Source: an uncultured Prevotella sp. (lineage in GTDB: Bacteria; Bacteroidota; Bacteroidia; Bacteroidales; Bacteroidaceae). From it: a stretch of 64,000 bases of DNA. The stretch covers positions 3,750 to 67,749 of the forward strand of contig CALFUF010000049.1 in NCBI GenBank assembly GCA_937916405.1. Reading direction: 5' to 3'. The first letter of the stretch is position 1, and each line of letters starts with the position of its first letter. The position numbers and the translations under genes are program-made. The notes under the pieces were generated by a model. That model saw only the letters and a program-made list of their open reading frames with translations. It searched no databases and was not told where the DNA came from. Of this stretch, positions 37,976-50,700 are shown one piece after another.

Positions 37976-39595
37976 ATGAAAAAAAGTTACATCATCCTGT
38001 ATCTGATGTTGATGAGCGTGATACTGCTGTCGTGCTCGACAGAGGATGGTGTGACTGCACCCGAGGAGCGTCCTGCAAGCGACATCTTCTTTCATGTTCG
38101 TCAGCTGGGTACGATGCGTATGGCTAACGACGTGGTACAGAACGATGTGTCTAATTTCCGTGGCATCCAAGACATCACGGTGCTTCCTTTCATGACAGCG
38201 GGCAGCGATGTCCCTGTCGCTTCTGGCGACAAGCCTCTGCTTGCCACTACCAAAGGCACAGAGGTGAACAGGGTACAAGACAAGTACTACTATTATATCG
38301 ATCACTGTGAGATAGCAGAGGGTACTAACCGGATGCTTGCCTATGGACAGGCAGCAACTGTCACAGGGAAAGAGTCTAATCAGGAGAATGGCATACTGGT
38401 AACACCCTTGGCAGCCGATGCGGAACCTGATGACATCACTTTCCAGTTGCAGCAGATTCATGAAGCGGAGACAGTTGATCCTACTGCAGACAATGTTTTC
38501 CAACCTGCAAGGGATCTTGCCGCCTATCTGACGAACATAGCCAATACGGAGACAGCACGTGGGGATAAATGGAGTACGACGACCGACGAGACCTTACACC
38601 AGCTCTATCTCGACTTCATCAAAGCGAATCCCGACGGGACGGGGCTGTTAGCTGGGTCTGCCGCTTATGTCAAGCAGCATGTGGAGCATCTCAAGAGTCA
38701 GTTAGGAACTGATGCTTTGAGTGAGGCTATTAAACTGGAAATCGGCGATATTGAAAATGTAACTTGCTTGAACAATCAATATCCAAGCACGCTCGGACTC
38801 CCCGACGGTGCCGCTGTCCTGCGTTGGACAGGATCAGGACTGGGAGACCAATTCTCTGTCAGTGCTACCACGACGACCCTTGACAATATCAACAATGTCA
38901 CTCGCTTCACCTATCCTGCCGAGCTTTGGTATTATGTCAACAGTGCTATAAAAACCTCTGATTCAGAAGTCGGAAAGGACAGATATGAGGCGGCAGCGAC
39001 GTGGGATAAGCTATTGACAGATTATTATACGACAAGCAATGTCGTTGGCTGGTTTACCAAATCCGTGGCACTGACAGACCCCTTGCAGTATGGAGTCGCT
39101 CGCTTACATACCATACTGACAGACGAAGTGACGGATTGTCCGTTGACAGCAGTGATCGTCGGTGGACAGCATACGGTTGGTTTCGACTTCAAGCCACAGG
39201 AGCCAAAGAGCGACTTGGATGCCCGTCTTATCTACGACAACGTGGTGAGTGGTACGGAAACGAATACCTTGGTCCTCCAGTCCTATGACAATGAGAAGGT
39301 ACCTGTCGTTCTGGAGTTTAAGAATAACGGCATTGCGTTCGCTGGCAGGGACGGCATCGTCTATCCCAGAACGAAGTTCTATTTAGTGGCTTACCTTGAC
39401 CCGGCAGGAATGGGAGAGGGAGACTGTGCCGGTCGGGTGTTCACACAAGACTTCACCACCACGGCAAAGATGACGGTGACCTCTCTGGCAAATGCCTATA
39501 CCTGTATCCCTGATCTGCTGGAGCCTCGTCTGGAGATTGGTGTGCAGGTGGTAACGCAATGGATTCAGTCGACGACGACAACCGTGAAACTTTAG
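37976..39595 (+). CDS. Type V pilus-like lipoprotein, paralog of 34909..36816
   Basis: LLSCS, TMRM, GTNRMLAYG, YPAELWY, YGVA, FYL..LD, VFTQDFTTTA, IPDL shared with the paralog. Confidence 0.65.
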   Translation: MKKSYIILYLMLMSVILLSCSTEDGVTAPEERPASDIFFHVRQLGTMRMANDVVQNDVSNFRGIQDITVLPFMTAGSDVPVASGDKPLLATTKGTEVNRVQDKYYYYIDHCEIAEGTNRMLAYGQAATVTGKESNQENGILVTPLAADAEPDDITFQLQQIHEAETVDPTADNVFQPARDLAAYLTNIANTETARGDKWSTTTDETLHQLYLDFIKANPDGTGLLAGSAAYVKQHVEHLKSQLGTDALSEAIKLEIGDIENVTCLNNQYPSTLGLPDGAAVLRWTGSGLGDQFSVSATTTTLDNINNVTRFTYPAELWYYVNSAIKTSDSEVGKDRYEAAATWDKLLTDYYTTSNVVGWFTKSVALTDPLQYGVARLHTILTDEVTDCPLTAVIVGGQHTVGFDFKPQEPKSDLDARLIYDNVVSGTETNTLVLQSYDNEKVPVVLEFKNNGIAFAGRDGIVYPRTKFYLVAYLDPAGMGEGDCAGRVFTQDFTTTAKMTVTSLANAYTCIPDLLEPRLEIGVQVVTQWIQSTTTTVKL

Positions 39596-39605
39596 AGTTG
39601 AAAAA

Positions 39606-40754
39606 TTGAAAAAGGTGAGTAGGAGAATACATATCAGGATGTGGCTGTTTGCCATTAGCTTCTTGCTATTGGCTGTAGCCTGCAGCTCCTCTGATGAGTC
39701 AGGAGAGCAGCAGCCTACCATGCTGACTGTCTATGTATACTCTCCAGAGCATCCTTTGTTGATCCGCTCGGATGTCGGTCATGTCGATGCGTCTTTTGAC
39801 GAGACTAAGATCACAAGACTGCAGATATGGGTATGTAATAATGCGACAGGAGAGACGGTGGCATATCTGGTTACGGATGACACCGCACAGCTGAATGTCG
39901 GTGAGGGTGCTGTCTACCAGCTTCCTGTCAGTGATGATTTCGCCCATAACAAACCCTATGTGGATGTCTATGTCATGGCAAATATCCCTACCGATGGCTA
40001 TGCAGCCGATAGCAAACTGGATGGAAGCAGTACACGCCAACAGATCCTCGATGCTACGATTCCAGAAACGTCTTTCGGACTGACAACACCTACCACCTCG
40101 GTACCAGAGAAGGGACTGCCGATGACTGGTTCCTTGACGGCACAACCTGTGGTTGGTGAAGCCCCTGTGTTGCGAGTGGGTACTACCAGTCATATCGCTA
40201 CGGTACGACTGGAACGTGCCATCTCCAAAGTGCGCTTCGTCTTTGCCAATACAGCAGCAGTAGAACCCGCAACATCTGTGGATCCGCTGTATATCAAAAG
40301 TGTTTCGTTGGATGCAAATATGATTCCTAATGCCGAATACTTGATTCAGCAGACCCGCACGCTGACGACGGATTGGAATGCGGAGACTTCCTTATGGACA
40401 GCATCAGCAACAGAAGAGAAAGTGAAGGAGGTTGCCGATCCTACCTTCTATATCTATAGTGGACAGGAAGCACAGGACTATGAGGATCTGATCGACCAGT
40501 CGGACTTGACCAAGATAGGTCCGTTCTATCTGCGTGAGTCAGACCAGAAACTCTCAGGTACGATTACCTATCAGATAGGTGAAAATGCAGCACAGACAGG
40601 AAGATTCGAGATGGATGCCGCAGGCGACTTCCGCCGTAACCACACATGGATCGTCTATGCGTACCATGCCGGTGGCGGTTTCCTCCAGATGAATACGATA
40701 TATATAAAAGATTGGACCAATGCAAGTGCGAGTCATGAGGTATATAACTGGTAA
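39606..40754 (+). CDS. FimA-like pilin lipoprotein
   Basis: AVACSS, DVYVMAN, GLPMTG, LERAISKVRF, FRRNHTWIV; start uncertain (TTG or a later Met). Confidence 0.7.
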   Translation: MKKVSRRIHIRMWLFAISFLLLAVACSSSDESGEQQPTMLTVYVYSPEHPLLIRSDVGHVDASFDETKITRLQIWVCNNATGETVAYLVTDDTAQLNVGEGAVYQLPVSDDFAHNKPYVDVYVMANIPTDGYAADSKLDGSSTRQQILDATIPETSFGLTTPTTSVPEKGLPMTGSLTAQPVVGEAPVLRVGTTSHIATVRLERAISKVRFVFANTAAVEPATSVDPLYIKSVSLDANMIPNAEYLIQQTRTLTTDWNAETSLWTASATEEKVKEVADPTFYIYSGQEAQDYEDLIDQSDLTKIGPFYLRESDQKLSGTITYQIGENAAQTGRFEMDAAGDFRRNHTWIVYAYHAGGGFLQMNTIYIKDWTNASASHEVYNW

Positions 40755-41793
40755 ATATGGTTTGGGACTGTTAGCCATGAGCTGTTGGCTGATTACTGCC
40801 TGCTCCTCCGACGGTGCGGGTGGTGACGGTACAGACGTGCCACGGCAGGGGCATCCCTTGCAGGTAGTACCCTATACTGCCAACTATCATGCCACCGACT
40901 TCCAGATGCGTGCAGTCACTGAAGGCTATTCAGCATATACCCCTGACCATGAGATCGCTATCGGCTTGTATGTCCTTGAAGATGGGAATATTGCGGGCAC
41001 TCCAGCAGTTAAACTCATCAGTTACAGTAATAACGACTGGCACTCACAGGCTATGGTGGAGGAAAACAAAGACTATACCATCTTTGGCTATATGCCTAAG
41101 AAAGACCCGATTTCATCGAGCATCAGCAAGAGTGGGGAGGTCGTCACACTGACCCTCTCGAACATCAGTACCGTCAGTGCCGATGATGTCTGCTTCATCA
41201 CTGGTGTCAAGGATAACGATGGTGACTTGCTACAAGGAAAGTTTGACTATCGAGGTAAGGCTGACAATAACTATCTCCGCTTGTTGCTGGACCACCTCTT
41301 TGCGTCCGTGAAGTTCAGTTTCCAAGTGGATGCTACCTACAACACACTGCGTACCATCAAGGTGAAGTCGCTGACACTGAACACGACAGCGGGGACCATG
41401 ACGGCAACGGTCAAGTTGACACCGAATACGACAGAAGACTACCCAGCCACTGTTGAGTATACAACACCTGCGGCAGGAACCTCCTCCGCCACCTTCTTTG
41501 AGAGTGTGGAGGGTGTGGAGATACCGACCACGACAACCAGTTTCGTGTGCTGCTTTGCTCCTGCGGTATCCGGCAACCTGACCCTTGTCACGACCTACGA
41601 TGTCTATGACAGGAAAGGGAACCTGATCCGTAAGGACTGCGAGGCAACGAATCAACTTCCTGATAACTTGGATTTGGCGAGCCAACCGACGAGAGGGCAG
41701 CAGGTGACGCTCACCCTGACGGTGAACCCTACTTACCTCTACCAGTTGTCGGACCCCGACTTGGATAATCCAACGTTTACGTTAGAAGAATAG
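40720..41793 (+). CDS. Fimbrillin-like lipoprotein
   Basis: ITACSS, QMRA, IFGYMP, LDHLFASVKF, RGQQVTLTLTVNP. Confidence 0.7.
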   Translation: MQVRVMRYITGKYGLGLLAMSCWLITACSSDGAGGDGTDVPRQGHPLQVVPYTANYHATDFQMRAVTEGYSAYTPDHEIAIGLYVLEDGNIAGTPAVKLISYSNNDWHSQAMVEENKDYTIFGYMPKKDPISSSISKSGEVVTLTLSNISTVSADDVCFITGVKDNDGDLLQGKFDYRGKADNNYLRLLLDHLFASVKFSFQVDATYNTLRTIKVKSLTLNTTAGTMTATVKLTPNTTEDYPATVEYTTPAAGTSSATFFESVEGVEIPTTTTSFVCCFAPAVSGNLTLVTTYDVYDRKGNLIRKDCEATNQLPDNLDLASQPTRGQQVTLTLTVNPTYLYQLSDPDLDNPTFTLEE

Positions 41794-41794
41794 A

Positions 41795-44700
41795 ATGACT
41801 GATATATATAATATAATAAGGTGTAGTTTCTTGAAACGATTGCTGCTGCTGGCGGTAATGGTCACTGGTCACTGGTCATTGGTCAATGGTCAGATACTTA
41901 TAGGCGGTAGTGTCTATGGTGGTGGTAATGCCGGTGATGTCAGCGGTAATACGGCTGTCACTGTGAATGCCGGTGACCTGAATGAGGTCTTCGGTGGTGC
42001 TCGTCAGGCGAATGTCGGTGGTCATGCCTTCGTCAATATCAATGGTGAGAAAGCCTCAGACTATATCCTTATCAACCGTGTCTATGGCGGTAATGATATC
42101 TCTGGTCAGATTGGTACGAATAGTGAACTGACCAAGACAATTCCAGAGGGAATTACTGAAGCCAGTGCCAACAACGTGGATAACACGTGGAATGCCTTTG
42201 TCCGTATCAGTTCATCTAACACGGTGGAGCAAACCAACGAGAAAGGTAAGGTCTATCTCGGTCAACTCTTTGGTGGCGGTAACGGTGCCTATGACTATGA
42301 CTCAAAGAAACTGGAAGATAATACTGCTAACCCCTATTACGGACTCACGAAGCCCGAACTGGACCGAACTTACTTGGAGATCGTGGGTGGTTCCATGGTA
42401 TATGCCTTCGGTGGTGGTAACAATGCGACGGTGAAAGAGAATGCCGTCATCTATGTGGAAAATACAAGTCCGGTCGTTAACTCTGTGAAAGACGCGGCAG
42501 GCTATGAGTTGCTGACCGACGCACGAATCAAGGAGATGGGCTTCAACCCCGGTTATACCTATCCTACCAGTGCAGCCTACCAGATCGGTAGTTTCTTTGG
42601 TGGCAACAACTTGGAGGCGATGCATATCCGTCCTAAGTGGAACCTGCAAAAGGGAAAGATCAGAAATATCTACTCCGGTGGTAACCGAGGAGCGATGACC
42701 AGTCCTGTCGGATTGTTGCTGGAAATCGATCCGCAAGGAACTACTGAAGAAGAAAAGAAGCAACTGATTATCGACAATGTCTATGGCGGTTGCCGTATGG
42801 CAGATGTCCACCCGTTGACAGAGGCAGGGGGTGATGTGGCTTCTGATGACATACAACTTCCAGAAAGCGAGGGTTACAAGTTCCCGCCAGGATTGTCGGC
42901 ACGTGTATTGGTACGTGGTGGTGATATTAATAATGTATATGGTGGTAATGATATCACGGGACGTGTCTATGGTGGTAATGCCGTGGGTGTCTATACCAGT
43001 ATCAATGGTGATGTCTATGGTGGCGGTAACGGTGCCTATCCCTATACGGATAATGCTTATTTGATGAACGACCAGACCTATGGTGACCTATATTATACGA
43101 TACCTGTCGGAAAAACTTCAGTGGAAGCCCTGAATGCTTTCCGTCCCAATGCCGAGCAGGTGTCTATCCGTCTGGTTGGTACGGAAAGTAAGCCCACCAT
43201 TATCGGTGGCTCCGTCTATGTGGGTGGCAACTGTGCTACGCTTGCCACTACGAAGGCAGATGCCAGGGTGGAGTTGAAGATCGGCTCGTATGTCTATGCC
43301 GACCAAGTGTTCCTCGGTAATAATGGTGAGGGGATGGTGGAGACGAATGAGGAAGTAAAGGAAGGTACTGTGGTGGTAAAGCATGAGGGTGTTCTGCGTA
43401 CCATGAAGAGCACTAGAATCACCAGTGACGAGTCAAAGTTTAGTTCCATAGATTTGTTGACTGACGCAACTACTTTTGCCTCCTATATGGATGGTGTCGC
43501 GATGTCCCTGATGCCCCGTGTGACGTTCGACGATTCGCACAAACTACTGAATCCTGATCCTGCCGATTACGAACCATACTCCTCCTACTTTGGTTCTTTC
43601 TTCTGCGGTGGTAACGTAGGAAGTATGACCAGCAGCGGAAAGACCACCATCGACTTCGACCATAAGGTGGTTATATTTAATAAATTGGTGGGAGGCTCTA
43701 ATAATGCTAATGTAAAGGGAACAGATTACAACGCTGCCTACGAGGGTGGACTGCTTGGTAATGCAGATAGCAACGGTGACAAACTGGAACTGAACCTCTC
43801 GGGTCTGAAAATTCAGCCGAAGCGATGGAAAAATCCAGACGATAAATCAGAAGGACTAATATGGAACACCATCTATGCAAGTACAGGTATAAAGACCGAT
43901 CCTGTTACTTCAGGTGAAAATGAAGATAGTAATGAATATGACCTTGACCGCCGTCTGACAGGTGGTAACATCTATGGTGGTTGTTACAACAGCGGACACG
44001 TCAATGGTAATGTCATTCTTAACCTGAACGAGACCATCTTTGACCGTAAGATCGTCTTTGACGAGGTCGAGTTGAATACGGAGAGTGGAGAACCGAAACT
44101 CTATGGTAACGACAGTTATAAGATTACCAAGCGTCATACGGGTGTACTCCTTGACAAGCAGGGTATGGACGTATTAGGAACCGCCTTGAACGTGTTCGGT
44201 GGCGGTTATGGTAAAGACTCCGAGATATGGGGTAGTACGACCATCAACCTGAATAAGGGCTATACCTTCCAGATCTTCGGCGGCGGTGAGCAGGGTGTCA
44301 TCGGTAAGTCTGATGACGGTGACGGTAAAAGCATTACATTCAATAACAAGACCTTCAAATATAATCCTAAATACAGTTGTACCATTAATGTGAATGGTCA
44401 ATACGCTGGTGTTTATAGAGGTCATCAAGACGACAATGACGATATGGCGGAGGCGGAGTTCATCTATGGTGGCGCTTTCTTCGGACCCGTCTGTGGTAAC
44501 ACCACCATCAATTTAGGTAACGGTCGTGTGTTCAACACCTTCGCAGGCTCCTGTATGGCGGATATCCTTGGACATACCGAGACCTATATCGGTTATAATG
44601 GCGGTTTCCCCTATGTCCGTGACTATGTCTATGGCGGTAATGACTTGGGAGGTAAAATCCTTGGTTTAGGCAACTTCGAAAGTCGTGTACGCACCAATGA

Positions 44701-47700
44701 TAATGGTGGTTACGACGCTAAAGGCAAGGTGTCTCATACGGACATGCTGAATGCCTCCGCTTACGTGGAGTACCAGCAGGGTCGTGTGGAAAATATCTAT
44801 GGTGGCTGTTATGGTGTGTATGACTATACAGACGCACACTATGGCGAGTATTTCTATAACACTGATGGAGAAGGAACGATGGGTACCGCAAGAGAGGGCT
44901 ATTCTAAGCCCTGGCTGGACAATGCGTTTGTCAACTTCCGACCGACCGACAATATCAGCAATACCGTTAACCTCGTCTATGGCGCAGGAGAGGGCTACTT
45001 AGGTGAGAAAGAGGAGAACAAGATGCAGAACCGCAGTTATATCCTCGTGGATATCCCACAAACCATGACCTCCTTCAGCAGCACGGAGTTCTTCGGTGCC
45101 GGTGAGCGTGGTGGTGTAGGTATGGCTGTCATCGACCTTGCCCGTGGTAAAATCAAGGCAGTCTATGGTGGTAGTTACGAGGAGGGTGTCACCCGTCGTA
45201 CGGTGGTGAATGTCCCCGCAGGTTCTATCATCCAGTTGGAGAAGATTTTCGGTGGTGCCTACGGTACGTCTAATGAGCATTCTTGTGATGTCTATGAGGC
45301 TAATGTCAACTGGAACAGTAGTGACGCGCTGGTTGGTGGTTATCGCACGGGTATCTATGGTGGTAACAATGCTTTCCGCCGTACCTTATATAGTAAGGTG
45401 AACATCAATGCACCGGTATACTATGATAAAGACAATGAATACTATGCCACGGTCTATGGCGCCGGTTATGGTAAGGATACCTGGTCACAGTATACCGAGG
45501 TGAACCTGAACAATACCGCTCAGGTCTATGAGGTCTATGGTGGTGGACAACTAGGACGTGTCATGAACCAAATATCGACGGACGCTTGGAGGGCAGAGAT
45601 GGCGGCACAGACAGACCCTGTCACCATTGACCTTGGCTTGGACGACTACGAAGATACAGGTCTGGATAATGATCTTGCCATTGCCGAATACGATGGAAAG
45701 AAATACAATACCAACGTTCTGATTAAAGAGGGTGCTTGGGTCAGCGGCTATATATATAATGGTACTCGTAGCGGTGCCTATGCCTATGGTGGAGGACTGG
45801 GTTCAGACGAAGAAAACACTGGTGATGTCCATGGTACCACCTTTATTGGCTTGTTTGGCGGAAAGGTTGAAAAAGACATCTATGCAGCCGGAACCTCTGG
45901 TTCCGTGAATGATAAATACCATGTGTACGACTTCATCGCCAGTGCCAATGCTTATATCGAGGGAGGAACCTGCCGTAATGTCTATGGTGGCGGATGGAAG
46001 GGAAGTGTCGGTTACCATGACGGTGCTATCGACGGATCGACTGAGAATGATGTGTTGGGTGAGACGCATGTTGTCATTGGTAAACGGGATGGAAGTAGTT
46101 ATGTAGATGGTATTCCTGCCATTGAGCGTAACGCCTACGGTGGCGGTGAGGGTGGCGCCGTGTTCGGTACAACCAATATCACCCTGAACAATGGTTTTGT
46201 GGGTTATCGCTACTTTGCCGACGAGCCGACAGACAAGACACGATCCTATATTTCAGCAGGTGACGGCTACTACCAGGAGAAACTGGATGACGAGACATGG
46301 AACGGTGACGGTACTAACCGCCTCTATGACTCTGGTTGTATCTTCGGTGGTGGTTATATCGACAACAGTAGTGTGGACTTCAGCCATGTCTTTATGTATG
46401 GCGGTCATGTACGTAACTCCCTCTTCGGTGGTGGTGAGATTGCGGCAATCGGTCGTGGTGTCATCAGTGCCACTGGTGAGAACAACTCCGTACGTACCCT
46501 GCAAGGTATCTACAAGGCAGGACAGTCTAATGTCACCCTGTATGAGGGTCATGTCCATCGTAACGTCTTTGGTGGCGGTCGTGGTTACAACAACCTCGGT
46601 GAGGGTGGTACCCTCTATTCCGATGGTTATGTCTTCGGACAGACCCGTGTCTATATCCATGGTGGTGAGATCGGTAATGAGACTGTCAGCAGCGACGAGG
46701 AGCGTAAGGGTAACGGTAACGTCTTCGGCGGTGGTGATATCGGTTATGTCTATAGTGCCTACGAGGAAGACGGGAAACTGCATGTAGGTATCAAGCGCGG
46801 AGAACGTTATGGTGAAGATGAAGATAACCCTGGGGAAGGTTACTATTACAAATACAGAGTAGGCGACGATAGCAACTATGGCGCATATACTCCTGGAACC
46901 AAAACAGATACTGACGAAGGATGGAAAAAAGAGGATGATGAATATGTGCTCACCGAGGACTGCAAGGTGCTGGTGGAACCGCATCCACGTGTCACGAGTG
47001 AATCTGTTACTTATGATGGAGTAACTTATGATGTAGGTGATTATGTTCCTACCACTTACCTCAACACATTAGGAAACAAGGACGCCGCTGGTTGGTCATC
47101 CTTAGACGATTTCGGAATCATCATCCATAATGCCGTGTTTGCCGGTGGTAACACCTCGTCTGGTTCTGCGACTGTCTTTGCCAATGCCACGACGGTATTT
47201 GGTAATGCGACGGCATCTGTCCATGATGTCTATAACCGTGACCTTATCACTATCGGTTCTTCCCATGTCGGTGGACTTTACGGTGATGGTAACCTGACCT
47301 TCGTGGATGGTTACCGCGGACTGAACATCACGAACTACGGAACAGACTATTATAGTATCTCCAAAGAAATCTCGCTGAGTAAATATGAAGTCCTTCCTGA
47401 TCGTGAGAAAGCATATTACGAGTTGCGTTATCTCTGTAAGAAGGAATGTACCGACAAGGAAGGAAAAACTTACAAGTTAGGCTCCACGATCTCGCAAGAC
47501 GAGTTGGTGACCTTGTTTAACGGAATAAAAGATGGCGGGGTCTCTATCTTAGGTCCTGACGGTGAGCCTAATTCAACTTACTGGGTGGCTAATGGTGTCT
47601 GCTCCCGTTATGCCGGTCGCCCGATGAACACCATCCAGCGTGCCGACTTCTGCGGTGTGTGGGGTAGCCGTATGGTATTGCAGGGAGCACCAGACCGTGT

Positions 47701-50700
47701 GCCGGAGACGGTGGACTATACGAACTATACCATCAACCGTGTCCGTGAGTTGTCACTGAATAAGAAGGTGTCTGTCATTACTGCTGATGCCAGTGATGAA
47801 GAGAAGAAGGAGCATGGTAACTACTTCGGTATCTATAACGTTGTGAACTACCTCGGTGCCCTCAGTAGTGACTTTGACTTTGGCGATGGTGGAACAGGTA
47901 GTGATGTGGGAACTGGTACACCCCGTACGTCTGACAACACAGACACAGGAACCTATGGCCCACAATATGAAGGACAGACCTTCTTCGGGTGGAAGAAGAA
48001 CCATATCAACGACCGTACCCGTAATAATGGTAACAGCCATAACCAGGTGGCACTCGCCTCTGGTGTCTATCTGGAACTGACCTCTGAGAAGAGCACGGGA
48101 ACTGGTCTGAAAGAGAAAGTCTGGGGCTATATCACGGGTGTCGTCGAACTCGACCTCATCAATGTGCAGACTGGTGTCGGTGGCGGTTTCGTCTATGCGA
48201 AGAACGAGCATGGTAAACGCGGTAGGACGGGAGTCACCCACCATACCATCACTGACCTGAACGAAGGGGCTGTCAGTTACAAGCAGTTCAAGTATGAGAC
48301 GGATGATAGTAAAAGGGAAGAATGGCAATCGTCGGGTAACTTCGTGCATAGCACCCAGACCATCATCGACGACTGTTATAACATCAGTGGTAAGTACCTG
48401 AAAGCCGACGGTGTTCCTGCCCACTACTGGTATATTAAGGGTGAGGTATATGTCTATGACCAGTATATCTCCGCCTATACCGGTGCTCCTAATGCTTACA
48501 GTGAGCAGGTGGAGATCCCGTTGACCATCACGGCGGCATCGCATGGAAAGATGAAACTGCTGAATGTCATGCCGAACAAGTATGCTTACTATGCTGTCAA
48601 CAACGGTACGACACAGACAAAACTGGAGGGTGACCGTAAGATCGTCATCAACGATGTGGAATATGGTGTCAATACGCCTATCAGTTATTGGGACTGGTAT
48701 CTGCTGACGGCTTCAGAGAAGGCGCTCTTCGTAGAGGATACCTATTATGTGAAGGAAGACTGTTGGATTGGTGATACAGAATACAAGGCAGGAACGGTCT
48801 TGTTGAGTTCTGAGTATAGTGCTATCAGAGGTACTGATGATACCGCACCGACGGTTATCCAGAAGAAAGAAGTCAATGATGAGATCAAGGATGTTGAGGT
48901 TGACTTTGACTTTGTCTTCCGCTCCTCTAACAACCTCAGCCATGATACAGGTTACTTGTTGACCTATAAGGTGAACAACCCTTCTAAGTGGAATTCTACT
49001 GGCGCCACCTATTGCCTGAAAGACGAAACAGGTAGTATCCTCGGACAGCGTTCCTACAAACAAGGTGAAATCATCTCGAATGAAGTATATGACACTTACC
49101 AAACGGCGAAAACAACTTATCCTTCAGCGGTGAAAGACGGTCAGGCATCCTTCGAAAAAGCATATATCGTGACCAGTCAGGTGACGGTTCCTGCTTCAGG
49201 CAGTACGCCAGAGTCCCACTACTATGCCGGTACTACCATCTCGGCGACCGAAGCCAGCAACAGTGCGTTTAGCGGTCATGTGGATGAGGCATACGTCTGC
49301 ACACACACCATCCAGTTGAGTCCTACCGAGTATATCTTCATCAATACCAAGATGTCGAAGGCAGATAAGGATGCTTATCTGACAACTTATGCTGGTAATG
49401 AAGAGTTAATAAAGGAGATCAATGAGGGCATCGTGCCAGCATACTATTGTACTTCCGAAGGTCTCTACGGAGGTAATTACTATAATACAGGTGAGAACTA
49501 TCGTGCATTAGAGGCTTGGGCTTCTATGTCGGAGGATGACCGTGAGCACTTCTCCTTCAACTATGACGCGCTCGACTTGCTGATTGACCCGACCTACAGT
49601 CGTCGTGCTGATGGTACACTTCGTCGTCCTGACGGACAGAAGTACCAGTACGACTCGGCGGCAGAGACCTTGGCAGGCGCTCAGGCTAACCCGCCACAGT
49701 TCTCATTGGAGCAGCCAGTGGACTATACCGCTACCTATAACGGTACTGATACGGGAACTTATAATGGTGTCACATTGAGTAATGGAGGTGAATACACTCG
49801 TGAACAGTTTGAGAAACTTCCTAACGAGCAGCGTTATTATAGTACCATTGCGGTGAAGGACGAGACAACCATCTATGTGGTGAACAATGGCTTCCAGGTG
49901 GGTAACACTCCTTATGCCGTGGGTACAACCATCTCCAGTGAGACCTACAATAGTTTGGGTGACACAGAACGAGCCAATATCACCAGACTGACTTTCTCTG
50001 AGAGTGATAAGAATCAAACGTTCTATTTCTGCCGTGAGGCTTATGAGATAGGAACTGGTGGAACAGCGATTACCAGTGCTGGTGTGGGTGGTGCCACGTC
50101 ATATAGCGGTGGATCAAATGTGCCAGTAGGTGTCGTGATCGGTGAAACTGACTATAGTCGTCTTGTCAATCATCAGAAGGACTTCACCATCCATGGCATC
50201 GCACCAACAGCGACCACCACCCTCTATGTAAGTCGTGAGAGTGACATCTTCGACCTCTCGAAGGAGAAGATCATCACCGTCATCTATGAGTACGACTATG
50301 AGGAGAGTGACTCACAAGGTAATGTCACTCCCGTCAGTGAGCGTCATGTGGTGAATATTCATATTGAGTTCAAGAGCGGTATACCTATTGTAGAGGATAT
50401 CAAGCGTCCGCAGATCATCCTGCCGGGTACGAAACTGGGTCTTCGTGAACCTGTCGTAACACCAGGCGCTTACGAGATTACCGGTGGTGGATGGGAGCTG
50501 TTTGAGAATATCGACGATGCCGAGAGTCATATCAATGGTATCGACTACCTCCCGAACAGTGACCAGCTCTACTGGTATCAGGATGGCTACCACGTGGCTT
50601 ACTATGCGAAGACCTACTTAGGTAAGACCTATTCGAACCATGAGCCGATCAGCGTGGCAAACTATCACGACCTTACGAAGGTGATGGACGACGGGAAGCA

